This document shows positions 29,098 through 38,272 of a DNA stretch of 57,422 nt, piece after piece. The notes beneath the pieces are model-generated. The model ran no database searches and was not told where the DNA came from. It worked only from the letters and a program-made list of their open reading frames with translations. The first letter of the stretch is position 1, and the number at the start of each line of letters is the position of its first letter. A program made the position numbers and the translations under genes. The stretch comes from Candidatus Magasanikiibacteriota bacterium (GTDB lineage Bacteria; Patescibacteriota; Patescibacteriia; Magasanikbacterales; GWA2-37-8): the NCBI GenBank assembly GCA_016189025.1, contig JACPGS010000004.1:1-57422 (forward strand), in the 5' to 3' direction.

Positions 29098-29463
29098 TTA
29101 ACACTTGATAATTGTCAACTCGGCAACTTTGTTTAATTTTTGATCGCGGGTTACTAGGGGTGCGGAAAAGAAAAACGCGGTAGCTGCCACTACCGCATCC
29201 GGAGTCTTCAACCCGTAAACACGCCGCAAATGCGCCGCCTGACGAGCTAAAGATGAATCGAGAGGAACAGCCTGTAATTCTCCTAACCAACGAACAATCT
29301 CCAGCGTTTGTGCGCTCGTTAAGCTGGGAAAGCTAAATAATTCTACCTCGGTAATAGTCGAAATTGCTATCTGATGACGAGCTCGCAGCTTGTCGATTAC
29401 CCGAACACAACGTCGATCGTTTTGTAGATAGTAAATAACTGCATTAGTATCAAGTATGATCAT
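29098..29463 (-). CDS. PIN-domain (VapC-like) toxin
   Basis: [34 protein letters not shown]. Confidence 0.9.
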   Translation of the reverse strand: MIILDTNAVIYYLQNDRRCVRVIDKLRARHQIAISTITEVELFSFPSLTSAQTLEIVRWLGELQAVPLDSSLARQAAHLRRVYGLKTPDAVVAATAFFFSAPLVTRDQKLNKVAELTIIKC

Positions 29464-29654
29464 ACCCACTCTTTGCGCAGTCGCTGTTGCACCGTAAGAC
29501 CGCTAGGCCGTTTGGGCAGGACGCCTCTTATGCGACGCCAAATATCTTGCTTTTTAGGCAACGCTAAAACAGCAGTAACATCAAGGTCTAACCGCTGCAG
29601 CTTTTTAATTAACTGTTGATAAGGAGTAACAGTTTTAGTAATGGTAGGATACAT
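29460..29654 (-). CDS. Probable antitoxin for the adjacent PIN toxin
   Basis: 64 aa, ATGA overlap with the PIN gene, ends QRLRKEW; own TTTACA..TATAAT promoter. Confidence 0.7.
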   Translation of the reverse strand: MYPTITKTVTPYQQLIKKLQRLDLDVTAVLALPKKQDIWRRIRGVLPKRPSGLTVQQRLRKEWV

Positions 29655-29721
29655 AAAAATGGCTAATTTTATCAGTGCTTTTATTATACTACATATTGTT
29701 AAAATGTAAAGGGTCTGACCA

Positions 29722-29898
29722 AACAAAAACCCCGCCGTTTCCGGAAAGGGTTTTGTTTACCCCGCACCGTGGCCGCACGCCATAACGGGCGGACACTGGT
29801 GCGGGGCCTCGTTGGTGCCCCTCGACTGCGCTCGGGACAGGCGCCAAGTGAGATACCGGATTGGGAAAGTGTCCGGCGCACTCCGCGATCTATTGGCA
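29722..29898 (-). repeat. Structured direct repeat R1
   Basis: Shares CAAGTGAGATRCCGG..GGGAAA.TGTCCGGCGCAC and a GAAA-loop terminator-like hairpin with R2 and R3. Confidence 0.85.
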
Positions 29899-30110
29899 GC
29901 CGATCGGGAGGCTGGTGTCTTTTTACTCCAAGTAGGAGAGGAGAGCCTTGTGGGCCGCCGCGTCCCCTGCGCTCTTTTCGCCACTGGGGGTGAAGCACGA
30001 GATGATGAAGTTGTTCCATATCTCGGGGCCGGCGCAAGAAGGGGGCGAAGGGTGCAAAAAGATGGCGATGATCACTCCCTTTCTATGGAAGTGAGTTGGA
30101 AGCGCGTAGG

Positions 30111-30380
30111 CTAGCCACCAGGCCAGCCCCATCCCTCACCCTGGCTGGGCGCGGGGCGCCGCCAGCCGTCTTCCGACAGCCGCCTATCATCAACCTCGCA
30201 CGGGTCGATCTTCTCCAAGTAAACCGTCGCCACTTTCCCGCCCGCTATCGTACCCTTCACCTCGCAGAGAATGTGGCGGCTGTCCTCCCCGATCGGAAAG
30301 CACATGGTCTCCCCGACCTCCGGGAGTTTCCGCCTCTCAACACCCTTCACGTACCCCATCAGATCCAATTCTATTTTCAT
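30111..30380 (-). CDS. Hypothetical protein
   Basis: 89 aa, AAGGAGAG SD-like motif; lies downstream of the leader/attenuator. Confidence 0.6.
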   Translation of the reverse strand: MKIELDLMGYVKGVERRKLPEVGETMCFPIGEDSRHILCEVKGTIAGGKVATVYLEKIDPCEVDDRRLSEDGWRRPAPSQGEGWGWPGG

Positions 30381-30437
30381 CTCTCTCTCCTTGGAATACA
30401 GTTAAGTTTTTCCGGCTTCAGCACTATTGCCTTGGCC

Positions 30438-30610
30438 AAAAATAAAACCCCGTCTCTTTCGAGACGGGGGTAAGTTGAAAGATTTTAAAAAAATTCAACG
30501 CAACCCGCTCCCGAAAGAGAGTGAGTTGGTGTCCCAAGCCTGATTATGCTGGTTGAATAAGTTCATATACTAACAAGCAATACACTACCATTTTATGATT
30601 CTTTTGTCAA
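30438..30610 (-). promoter_or_regulatory. Promoter + 23-aa leader peptide + terminator (putative attenuator)
   Basis: TTGACA-17-TAGTGT; ORF 30566..30495 MNLFNQHNQAWDTNSLSFGSGLR*; terminator CCCCGTCTC-GAAA-GAGACGGGG-TTTTATTTTT; leader segment complementary to the terminator. Confidence 0.65.
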
Positions 30611-30626
30611 TGGAGGCATCTGTGGA

Positions 30627-30986
30627 TTACTTTTTTGCCTTGTTTTTCTGTAAGTCCCGTTCAATTTTTAAAATCTGCTTTTTTAGCCTGGGCAAATCGC
30701 GCTTAACGATTCCCCAGGTCAAAGCCATATCTACGCCAAAGTATTCGTGGATAAATTTATCGCGCGTACCGGCAATCTGCCGCCAGGGCGTCTCCGGATA
30801 ACTTTGGCGCAATGTCTCGGGAAGATGACGGACGGCTTCGCCTACAATTTCCAAACGGCGGATTACTTTATCTTGCAAAGGAACCGAGCGGACAAAATCC
30901 GCTTCGCTCTTGCCTTTGGTATAACTTTCAATTAAACGGACGCTTGCCAAAATATGCGCCAGAAAAATTTTAGGATCCTTGTCCAT
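30627..30986 (-). CDS. HEPN RNase toxin (HepT/DUF86)
   Basis: LEIVGEA, PWRQIAGTRDKFIHEYFGVD (Rx4HxY). Confidence 0.92.
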   Translation of the reverse strand: MDKDPKIFLAHILASVRLIESYTKGKSEADFVRSVPLQDKVIRRLEIVGEAVRHLPETLRQSYPETPWRQIAGTRDKFIHEYFGVDMALTWGIVKRDLPRLKKQILKIERDLQKNKAKK

Positions 30987-31269
30987 AAATAATACGTTGT
31001 TCTTTGAGAATGCGGTCGCGTAATAAAGGATGAAGCGAATTGTAAGTTACCATGTCAACCTTTCGGCCATATTGTTCCGCCAAATCTAACTCAAGCGCTA
31101 CTAAATCCAGCAGGCTTTTTTTATCCTTAAATTCGATGAGCATATCAACATCACTCGCCCTCGTCGCCTTCCCCCGAGCCATTGACCCAAACACTGCTGC
31201 CCGTTTAACACCATAGCTTTTGAAAAACGGCGAGGCAGTCTTTTTAATTTTTTGTAGGCTAGGATTCAT
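30970..31269 (-). CDS. Minimal nucleotidyltransferase antitoxin
   Basis: FGSMARGKATRASDVD, GRKVD; overlaps the HEPN gene. Confidence 0.9.
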   Translation of the reverse strand: MNPSLQKIKKTASPFFKSYGVKRAAVFGSMARGKATRASDVDMLIEFKDKKSLLDLVALELDLAEQYGRKVDMVTYNSLHPLLRDRILKEQRIIYGQGS

Positions 31270-31314
31270 ACGAGTTAAGGATACCTGTTTTAACGAAAAA
31301 AAGCAAGTCGCCGA

Positions 31315-31418
31315 TGAACAAAAACCCAACCGTTTCCGAAAGAGTTTTTTGCCTTGTTTGCGCGCAAGTTGAGATGCCGGATGGGAAAATGTCCGGCGCA
31401 CTCCGCGATCTATTGGCA
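31315..31418 (-). repeat. Structured direct repeat R2
   Basis: Homologous to R1 and R3. Confidence 0.85.
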
Positions 31419-31520
31419 AGCATTCTATCCACACCCCCCAAGTCCGTGAGATTGACTTTTTTTATAAACTATGATAATATAAGATTATCATTTAATTTAT
31501 CCTGTAATTTTAAATCAACT

Positions 31521-32663
31521 ATGTATAAAAGGTTGCAAAAATTCAAAGGTTTAGGCCAAGAAAGCTGTTTTTTGTGGGGACCTCGCCAAAGCGGCAAAAG
31601 TACTTTGCTTAAGGCATTGTTTCCCGATTCCCCTTATTATGATCTGCTTTTATCGGATGAGTTTGAACGGCTTAATCGCCGTCCGGCGCTATTGCGCGAA
31701 GAGCGGTTGGTCCGCCCCCACCGCGCCCCGGTCATTATTGACGAGGTGCAAAAAATTCCTCAACTGCTCGACGAAATCCAGTGGCTGATGGTCAATCAGA
31801 ATATCCAGTTTATCTTGTGCGGTTCCAGCGCCCGCAAGCTCAAACGCGGCGGCGGCAATCTGCTCGGCGGACGGGCCTTGCGCTACGACCTGTTTCCGCT
31901 GGTGTCGTCAGAAATCCCCAATTTTGATCTAACGAGGGCCTTGAATAATGGCCTATTGCCCCGGCACTATCAAACCGATCAACCGGCGCTGCGGCACCGA
32001 TCATATATCGGGGATTACCTGAAAGAAGAAATTGCGGCCGAAGCGCTTACCCGAAACCTGCCGGCTTTTGCCAAATTTCTGGAGGCAGCCGCTTTTAGCA
32101 ATGGCGCCGTAGTGAATTTTACCAATATCGCGCGGGAATGCGGCGTCAGCGTGCCTACCGCCAAAGAATATTTTCAAATTTTAGTTGATACGCTGGTGGC
32201 GCGTTTTGTTCCTTCGTTCCAAAAAAAGGCAAAGCGGCGGGTCATTCAAGCGCCCAAATTTTATCTGTTTGATATCGGCATCGCCAACGCTCTGCTCAAG
32301 AGAGGGGCCATTGTTCCGGGAAACGAAATGTTCGGGCGTGCTTTTGAACAATTTATTTGGCAAGAGATCGTTGCGCATAGCCATTATTCGGGCTTGGAGT
32401 ATCCGATTGCTTACTGGCGGACCGCGTCTGGATTGGAAGTAGATTTTATTCTCGGCGATCGAGAGGTCGCTCTGGAAGTAAAAGGCGTGACCGAGGTGCA
32501 TTCGCATCAGGTGCGCGGCGTCCATGCCTTTCGCGCGGAGCACCAGCCCAGAAAAACGATCGTTGTTTCGCTGGACGCCAGGCCCAGAAATATGAACGGC
32601 ATTAGCATTATGCCCTGGGATATCTTTCTTAGGGATTTATGGTCAGGCTCGGTAATTACTTGA
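31521..32663 (+). CDS. AAA ATPase with C-terminal DUF4143-type domain
   Basis: GPRQSGKST, IIDEVQK, CGSSARKL, KFYLFDIG, YWRT..GLEVDFI, LEVK. Confidence 0.88.
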   Translation: MYKRLQKFKGLGQESCFLWGPRQSGKSTLLKALFPDSPYYDLLLSDEFERLNRRPALLREERLVRPHRAPVIIDEVQKIPQLLDEIQWLMVNQNIQFILCGSSARKLKRGGGNLLGGRALRYDLFPLVSSEIPNFDLTRALNNGLLPRHYQTDQPALRHRSYIGDYLKEEIAAEALTRNLPAFAKFLEAAAFSNGAVVNFTNIARECGVSVPTAKEYFQILVDTLVARFVPSFQKKAKRRVIQAPKFYLFDIGIANALLKRGAIVPGNEMFGRAFEQFIWQEIVAHSHYSGLEYPIAYWRTASGLEVDFILGDREVALEVKGVTEVHSHQVRGVHAFRAEHQPRKTIVVSLDARPRNMNGISIMPWDIFLRDLWSGSVIT

Positions 32664-32684
32664 ATTAAATTTTGATTTGTACGG

Positions 32685-32796
32685 TGAACAAAAAACCCCG
32701 CCGTTTCCGGAAAGGTTTTTTGCCTGGTTGGTGCCCCTCGACTGCGCTCGGGACAGGCACCAAGTGAGATGCCGGTTGGGAAAGTGTCCGGCGCAC
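32685..32796 (-). repeat. Structured direct repeat R3
   Basis: Homologous to R1 and R2; begins a few nt after the recO stop. Confidence 0.85.
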
Positions 32797-32803
32797 CTCT
32801 GTT

Positions 32804-33550
32804 TTATTTGTTCTCGCCCAACATTTTATCCGCATCCTGCCAGGCGGGAAAGACAACGCCGGTGTGATATGCCGCGTAGGCGTAAGTGAGATTATTAAGG
32901 GTCGTAAAATCTTTTTTGGCTAACGATAGCTGAAAAATTACACTCCAAGAACCGGCTAAAAATAATTTGAGGACAGCGACTAAATGACCGGTGAGAGAAA
33001 AAATTTGATCTCCCTCCGGAATATCCGGAACAGCGGAAACGCCGGCGCTAACTATGCCGCCCTGGGAAACGCTAAAAATAGTAGCCGTGGTTTTACTGGC
33101 AGCAGCGCCGGTCAAATCGGGCCGAAAACCCAGCTGGTCAAGCAGCCGCCAAACCAAAGCAAGGATTCCGGTTGCCTCTGGTTTGCTTGCCCGCTCCAGC
33201 GCGATTAACCACTCCTCAAGCAATTTAAATAAAGCGGGCTGTTTTTCTCCCACGTGCGTCAGCCGATCAATCAAATGTATTGCCCGCTGCGCCTGCCAGC
33301 TTTTAATTAAATCCGAACGCAAACCAGGGAATAACGCCAGGGGCTGGGCCGTAGCCAGGTAATCAATCTCACGCCCGGGCACAATTTCCACTGCCGAGAG
33401 CGACGCCGGTTCCAGCGCGCCGGCATTTTTGGCAATAATTTTTTTTATTCCCCGCGCCAGCACTTCACGCTTGCCCGACTCTGCCGTGTAGAGTGAAACT
33501 ACTTGATCGTATTCACGAAAGTTGCGGCGAGAGAGAACGATAGCGAGCAT
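32804..33550 (-). CDS. recO: DNA repair protein RecO
   Basis: AIVLSRRNFREYDQVVSLYT..GK..LARG N-terminal OB fold, LGFRP. Confidence 0.88.
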   Translation of the reverse strand: MLAIVLSRRNFREYDQVVSLYTAESGKREVLARGIKKIIAKNAGALEPASLSAVEIVPGREIDYLATAQPLALFPGLRSDLIKSWQAQRAIHLIDRLTHVGEKQPALFKLLEEWLIALERASKPEATGILALVWRLLDQLGFRPDLTGAAASKTTATIFSVSQGGIVSAGVSAVPDIPEGDQIFSLTGHLVAVLKLFLAGSWSVIFQLSLAKKDFTTLNNLTYAYAAYHTGVVFPAWQDADKMLGENK

Positions 33551-33559
33551 AGGTGACAC

Positions 33560-33946
33560 TCACTTATTTCTCTCTAAATACCCTTCTAAAATCGCCGTGG
33601 CCGCCAGCTCATCGCGGCTGACGTCCGATCGCGCCAGGCGATCGGCTAATTGCGAAGTAAAACGCTCGTCAAATAATTCTACCGGGATGTTAAGCGCTTT
33701 CTGCAAAGTAAAAGCAAATTGTTTTACCCGGTCGGTGTTGCGGTTTTCCTGGCCATCGAGACCCAGCGGAAACCCGACTATCACCTTCCCAATGCTTTCG
33801 TTGACAATCAGCTCCTGGATTTCTTTGAGCGGCGCGGCGGCCGTCTGTTTGGCAATTACCCCGAACGGCAGCACGGCCGAGAGAGTAGTATCGGCCCAGG
33901 CCAGCCCGATTCGTTTGGTGCCGTAATCAATCCCCAGCAATTTCAT
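33560..33946 (-). CDS. ruvX: YqgF/RuvX pre-16S rRNA nuclease
   Basis: LGIDYGTKRIGLA, VGFP, DERFTS, AATAILE. Confidence 0.93.
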   Translation of the reverse strand: MKLLGIDYGTKRIGLAWADTTLSAVLPFGVIAKQTAAAPLKEIQELIVNESIGKVIVGFPLGLDGQENRNTDRVKQFAFTLQKALNIPVELFDERFTSQLADRLARSDVSRDELAATAILEGYLERNK

Positions 33947-34797
33947 AATTTGGATTCATCCGGTCTCCGGGTCGCTACGACATTCCCCTGCTCGGTAATT
34001 ATCACCGTGTGCTCAAAATGCGCGCACAACGAATGATCGGCGGTCTTAATCGTCCACCCGTCGGGGAGCGTGGCTACCGCCAAGCCGCCTAGGGAAATCA
34101 TCGGCTCAATGGCAATTACCATCCCCGGCTTGAGGATAATACCTTCCAGGGCGCGATCATAATAATTGGGGATATAGGGTTCTTCGTGTACCGCGTGCCC
34201 TACTCCGTGACCCACCAAATCGCGAATAATGCCGTAATTGCCCTGCGCTTTAACATAGGTTTCCACCGCTTTACCGATCGCCGCCACACTATTCCCGGGT
34301 TGCGCTGCCTTAATACCCTCTGCCAGCGCTGCCCGCGTTACCGCCATCAGTTTGCTGACTGCCGGCTTCGCTTTCCCGACGCTTACGGTAATTGCCGTAT
34401 CGGTAAACACTCCTCCATCGCTTTTCCCTTTTCCCCCTTCGGCCTTGCTCAGGGCAAGCTTTCTCCTTTTTCCTTGATACGGCCACTCCATCCCGATATC
34501 CAAGCTCACCAGGTCGCCGCTTTTAAGCACGCGGCTATGGCGGGGAATGCCGTGCACCAGTTCCTCATTGAGGGAAACGCACAGCGTGGCAGGAAAAGGA
34601 TAGGAAGCGTGAACCGTTTCGTATCCTTTGAAAGCGGGGCGCCCGCCGGCCTCCCGCACCAAGGTTTCTGCCAGCTGATCCAGCTCCCAGGTAGAAACGC
34701 CCGGGGTGCAGCGCTTGACCAGAGTGGCAAGAATTTGACCAAGCAGAGCGCCGCTCCGTTTGATATTTTTAAGATCGCGAGGGGATTTAATTAACAC
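33943..34797 (-). CDS. map: Methionine aminopeptidase type I
   Basis: CVSLNEELVHGIP, GHGVG..HEEP, AIEPM, AHFEHT; short in-frame insertion. Confidence 0.95.
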   Translation of the reverse strand: MLIKSPRDLKNIKRSGALLGQILATLVKRCTPGVSTWELDQLAETLVREAGGRPAFKGYETVHASYPFPATLCVSLNEELVHGIPRHSRVLKSGDLVSLDIGMEWPYQGKRRKLALSKAEGGKGKSDGGVFTDTAITVSVGKAKPAVSKLMAVTRAALAEGIKAAQPGNSVAAIGKAVETYVKAQGNYGIIRDLVGHGVGHAVHEEPYIPNYYDRALEGIILKPGMVIAIEPMISLGGLAVATLPDGWTIKTADHSLCAHFEHTVIITEQGNVVATRRPDESKL

Positions 34798-34845
34798 AGA
34801 TTACACGGATTTAACTGGGATTACCCTGATTTTAACCTGAATAAT

Positions 34846-35532
34846 CTATGATGAGGTTGCATTATCCTGGCTAATCGCTGCCTCAATCTCCTTGGCTACG
34901 TCCTCAATGCTCTGCTGACCATCTACCGAGCGCAGCACGCCTCGCTCCCGATAATATTCCCGAATCGGGGAGAGCGCTTGGTTGCCTTGGAGCCTCAAGC
35001 GGCGTTGCACCACTTCCCCTTGATCATCAGGCCGACTGGTCAATTCACCGCCGCAGGGCGGGCAACGGTTGTCCGCGGGGCGCGCGGACGCCGGATCAAC
35101 AATCGCAATTGCCCCACAACGGCGACAAACGCGCCGGCTGGTAATCCGCCGCACTGCTTCCGCATCAGGAATAGCCACTTCAATCACCAAAAGTTCCGAC
35201 TCCAGACCTTCAGCGCTAAACCACTTTTGGAATTCTTCCGCCTGGGGCAGGGAACGGACGGCGCCATCCAATACTAGGCCGGGATGGCTGGCCAACAACC
35301 GTTTCATTGCCGCAAACACCAAGCGATACAATAACTCATCGGGGATAAGCTCACCGCGCTGTAAATGCTCGGCGATGATCTGTTCCTCGCCGGACTGGGC
35401 TGGCTGCTGCGTTACGGCACGCAGCAAATCGCCGGTGGACAGATGCGCGTAACCGTAGCGCTCGGCCAATCGTTTGGCCTGGGTGCCTTTGCCGGAGCCC
35501 GGCGGCCCCAGCAGTAAAATAATTTTATGCAC
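34846..35532 (-). CDS. adk: Adenylate kinase
   Basis: GPPGSGKGTQ, STGDLLR, Zn lid CxxC...CxxC; start codon uncertain (GTG at 35532 chosen). Confidence 0.92.
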   Translation of the reverse strand: MHKIILLLGPPGSGKGTQAKRLAERYGYAHLSTGDLLRAVTQQPAQSGEEQIIAEHLQRGELIPDELLYRLVFAAMKRLLASHPGLVLDGAVRSLPQAEEFQKWFSAEGLESELLVIEVAIPDAEAVRRITSRRVCRRCGAIAIVDPASARPADNRCPPCGGELTSRPDDQGEVVQRRLRLQGNQALSPIREYYRERGVLRSVDGQQSIEDVAKEIEAAISQDNATSS

Positions 35533-35536
35533 ACTG

Positions 35537-35830
35537 CTACTCGCCAAATTTTTCTTTAAAATATGCTTCAAAAGCTGCCATTAGCACTTTGCGGTCGGTT
35601 TCGCTTAATTTATGTTCGTTCTTCAGACGGGTGAGCAGGCGCCAAATCTGCTGCAGGCTGATTTTGCCGTCGCCGTGCCGGCCTTCCGCCACCAGGCACT
35701 CTACTATTTCCTCTTCCGTTTTACTGACACTGCTGGAGTGCGCGTTTACCTGCCGAACAATTTTCCGGATGTCCTCTTTAGCAAAATAATGCTGGTGCGT
35801 GGAGTATTTGATGGTATCAAACCAGCCCAT
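35537..35830 (-). CDS. Hypothetical protein between secY and adk
   Basis: 97-aa ORF with its own TGTTATACT -10 upstream. Confidence 0.65.
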   Translation of the reverse strand: MGWFDTIKYSTHQHYFAKEDIRKIVRQVNAHSSSVSKTEEEIVECLVAEGRHGDGKISLQQIWRLLTRLKNEHKLSETDRKVLMAAFEAYFKEKFGE

Positions 35831-35924
35831 AGGGAAAAATTAAGAATTAAACTACCGAGTTTTCCCTAGTATAACAATAAATAACCAACCTGGCAACGGG
35901 GTGCAGCTATCATCCGTGCACTAT

Positions 35925-36102
35925 GAGACTGGAGAAGAATTAAAAGTACCAGTTAGCATTAGGGAGCGGCAGACGAGTACTCTTTTGGCGCGCAATGGAA
36001 TGAGCACCAAAAGAGTGTCTGTCGCTACCAACCAGGCAGCCCCAGCAATAGCGATAGCGACCAGGCGGATAACGATTATCGTCAACATTCTTCTACAGTC
36101 TC
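35925..36102. mobile_element. MITE family A copy (inverted relative to 24053..24231)
   Basis: Same TIR and interior; flanked by the ACTAT direct repeat (reverse complement of ATAGT). Confidence 0.8.
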
Positions 36103-36339
36103 ACTATATAAAAAGAATGCCTGTTTAGCATTCTTACCGCCAGCGGTACCCCGGCGCTATTATTAGAAGTCCGCGAATACCCTGCGGCTCTGCCGCAGGG
36201 TAAGCGGACAAGTAAAGATAGATCCGTCGGCGGAGCCGACTCCGCTACTAAAAAACCCGCCCCGATACCCTGCAGCTCTGCTGCCGGGTCGGGTTTATTA
36301 ATCCGTAAACCTGCGCTCGCTAAATCCTGGTAATCCATT

Positions 36340-37614
36340 CTACACCGCATCGTACTGATGCATGGTGAGCTGCGCTTCAATCTGCTTAGCAGTTTCAATC
36401 GCCACTGCCACCACGATCAAAAGCGAGGTGCCGCCAATGGCGAGCGACTGGGTGCCCATCAGCCCCTGCACCAAAAGCGGCAGAATGGCAATCATCCCCA
36501 AAAACAGCGACCCTACTAAATTCAGACGATTCATGGTGCGCCCCAGATACCTTTCGGTTTCCGGACCGGGGCGAGTGCCGGGAATAAAGCCGCCTTGCTT
36601 TTGCAGATTCTCGGCAATTTTTTGAGGATGAAAAATTACCGCTGTGTAAAAATAGGTGAAAGCCACCACCAGCGAAAAATAGGCGGCGCCGTAAAAAATC
36701 TGATTCTGAAACAGGCGAATGGTGCTGGTGGCTAGATTCACCATCCAACCCGCCTTGGCGCTGACAAAAAACTGGGCGATCATCGGCGGAAACAGAATCA
36801 GGGAAATGGCAAAGATGATGGGAATGACGCCAGCCATGTTCACGCGCAAGGGCAAATGAGAGGAAGCGCCGCCAAACAGGCGGTTGCCGCGCACCTGGCG
36901 GGCGTAAGTTACCGGAATATTGCGCTGGCCTTCGCTGACAAATACCACGCCGACTACCGTGGCAACGGCCGCCGCGGCAAACAAGAGATAAGTAGACAAG
37001 TCCGACGGCGTGTAATTAACATAAGCCGTACGCAACGCGGTAGGCAGCCCGGCGATAATGCCGGCAAAAATCAAAAGCGAGATGCCGTTGCCCACTTTTT
37101 GCTCGGAAATCAGCTCCCCCACCCATACCAAAAACATCGTGCCGGCGGTAACCGTGAGCATAATGGTGAGCATCCGCCCCAGGGTAAGGCTGGTAAGGAT
37201 ATTGTTACCCGATTGCCCCAGCAGCCGGATCATGCCATAGGATTGCAAAAAGGCCAGCGGCACCGTAAGCCAGCGCGTATACAGATTAATGCGCTGCTGG
37301 CCGCTTTCGCCTTCTTTAGAAATCTCTTCCAGCTTGGGCACGATCATGGTTAAAAGCTGCAGAATAATGGAAGCGGTGATGTAAGGGCCGACGCCAAGCA
37401 ACACCACAGAAAAATTCTCCAGGGTGCCGCCGGAAAACAGATTAAGCAAGCCCAGAATCTGGTTGCCGGCTAAATAATTGCGTAGTGCCGTAAGATCCAC
37501 GCCCGGGAGGGGAATATGTGCCACTATCCGGAATACTACCAGCAAGCCGATGACAATCAGCAATTTGCGGCGCAGGTCAGGCGTGTACCAAATTTGTTGC
37601 AGTTTATTCCACAT
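36340..37614 (-). CDS. secY: Preprotein translocase subunit SecY
   Basis: HIPLPG, LGVGPYITASII, GNGISLLIFAGI, AGVIPIIFA, GGFIPGTRPG, GGTSLLI. Confidence 0.97.
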   Translation of the reverse strand: MWNKLQQIWYTPDLRRKLLIVIGLLVVFRIVAHIPLPGVDLTALRNYLAGNQILGLLNLFSGGTLENFSVVLLGVGPYITASIILQLLTMIVPKLEEISKEGESGQQRINLYTRWLTVPLAFLQSYGMIRLLGQSGNNILTSLTLGRMLTIMLTVTAGTMFLVWVGELISEQKVGNGISLLIFAGIIAGLPTALRTAYVNYTPSDLSTYLLFAAAAVATVVGVVFVSEGQRNIPVTYARQVRGNRLFGGASSHLPLRVNMAGVIPIIFAISLILFPPMIAQFFVSAKAGWMVNLATSTIRLFQNQIFYGAAYFSLVVAFTYFYTAVIFHPQKIAENLQKQGGFIPGTRPGPETERYLGRTMNRLNLVGSLFLGMIAILPLLVQGLMGTQSLAIGGTSLLIVVAVAIETAKQIEAQLTMHQYDAV

Positions 37615-37619
37615 AAATT

Positions 37620-37811
37620 TAGGACGGTAGGATAGTAGGCTGGTAGGCTGGTAGGCTGGTAGGCTGGTAGGCTGGTAGGCTGGTAGGCTGGTAGGCTGGT
37701 AGGATAGTAGGCTGGTAGGCTGGTAGGCTGGTAGGCTGGTAGGCTGGTAGGCTGGTAGGCTGGTAGGCTGGTAGGATAGTAGGCTGGTAGGATAGTAGGA
37801 CGGTAGGAGAG
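37620..37811. repeat. 8-bp tandem repeat (TAGGCTGG/TAGGATAG), 24 units
   Basis: Counted directly; fills the rplO-secY spacer. Confidence 0.95.
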
Positions 37812-37822
37812 GAGGTTTGGGA

Positions 37823-38266
37823 TTAGCTACTCACGGTGCCGCCGGCGGCGCGAATCTGCTCGGCCGCCCCCCGGCTACAGGGAATCCCCGCCACGGTGAG
37901 CGCTTTAGTTAAAATGCCAGTGTTAATAATTTTAACCAAACTAACGCCGGCCGGAATAATCTGCCGCTCCCGTAGCGTCTGACGGCTGACGGTATCGCCG
38001 GCGTTGAATTTTAATTCCAGGATGCGCAGGGTTAATTGCCGGGACGGCGCCTGCTGGCTGCGAAAACCCCGCAGTTGCGGCGTCTGCAATAACAACGGTC
38101 GGAAGCCCAGGCGCCGCAAGCCCCGGCTGCCGCCGGAACGCGCAGTCTGGCCTTTGCCGCCGCGGGTGGAATAAGTGCCGTGGCCCGAGGCATTGCCCCG
38201 GCCCACCCGCTTGGGACGATGGCGCGCCCCGCGGTTCGGCGCCAAAGTATGAGGTTGCAGAATCAT
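37823..38266 (-). CDS. rplO: 50S ribosomal protein uL15
   Basis: RVGRGNASGHGTYSTRGGKGQTARSG. Confidence 0.95.
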   Translation of the reverse strand: MILQPHTLAPNRGARHRPKRVGRGNASGHGTYSTRGGKGQTARSGGSRGLRRLGFRPLLLQTPQLRGFRSQQAPSRQLTLRILELKFNAGDTVSRQTLRERQIIPAGVSLVKIINTGILTKALTVAGIPCSRGAAEQIRAAGGTVSS

Positions 38267-38272
38267 AAAAAT

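Noticed and set aside
29722-32796. R1-R3 as T-box, lysine or c-di-GMP riboswitches
   Set aside because: Only fragments resemble them (AGAGGTGCG, GAAA hairpin); the T-box UGGN antiterminator and the other conserved cores are absent.
37620-37811. CRISPR array
   Set aside because: Contiguous 8-bp units with no spacers, and no cas genes in the window.
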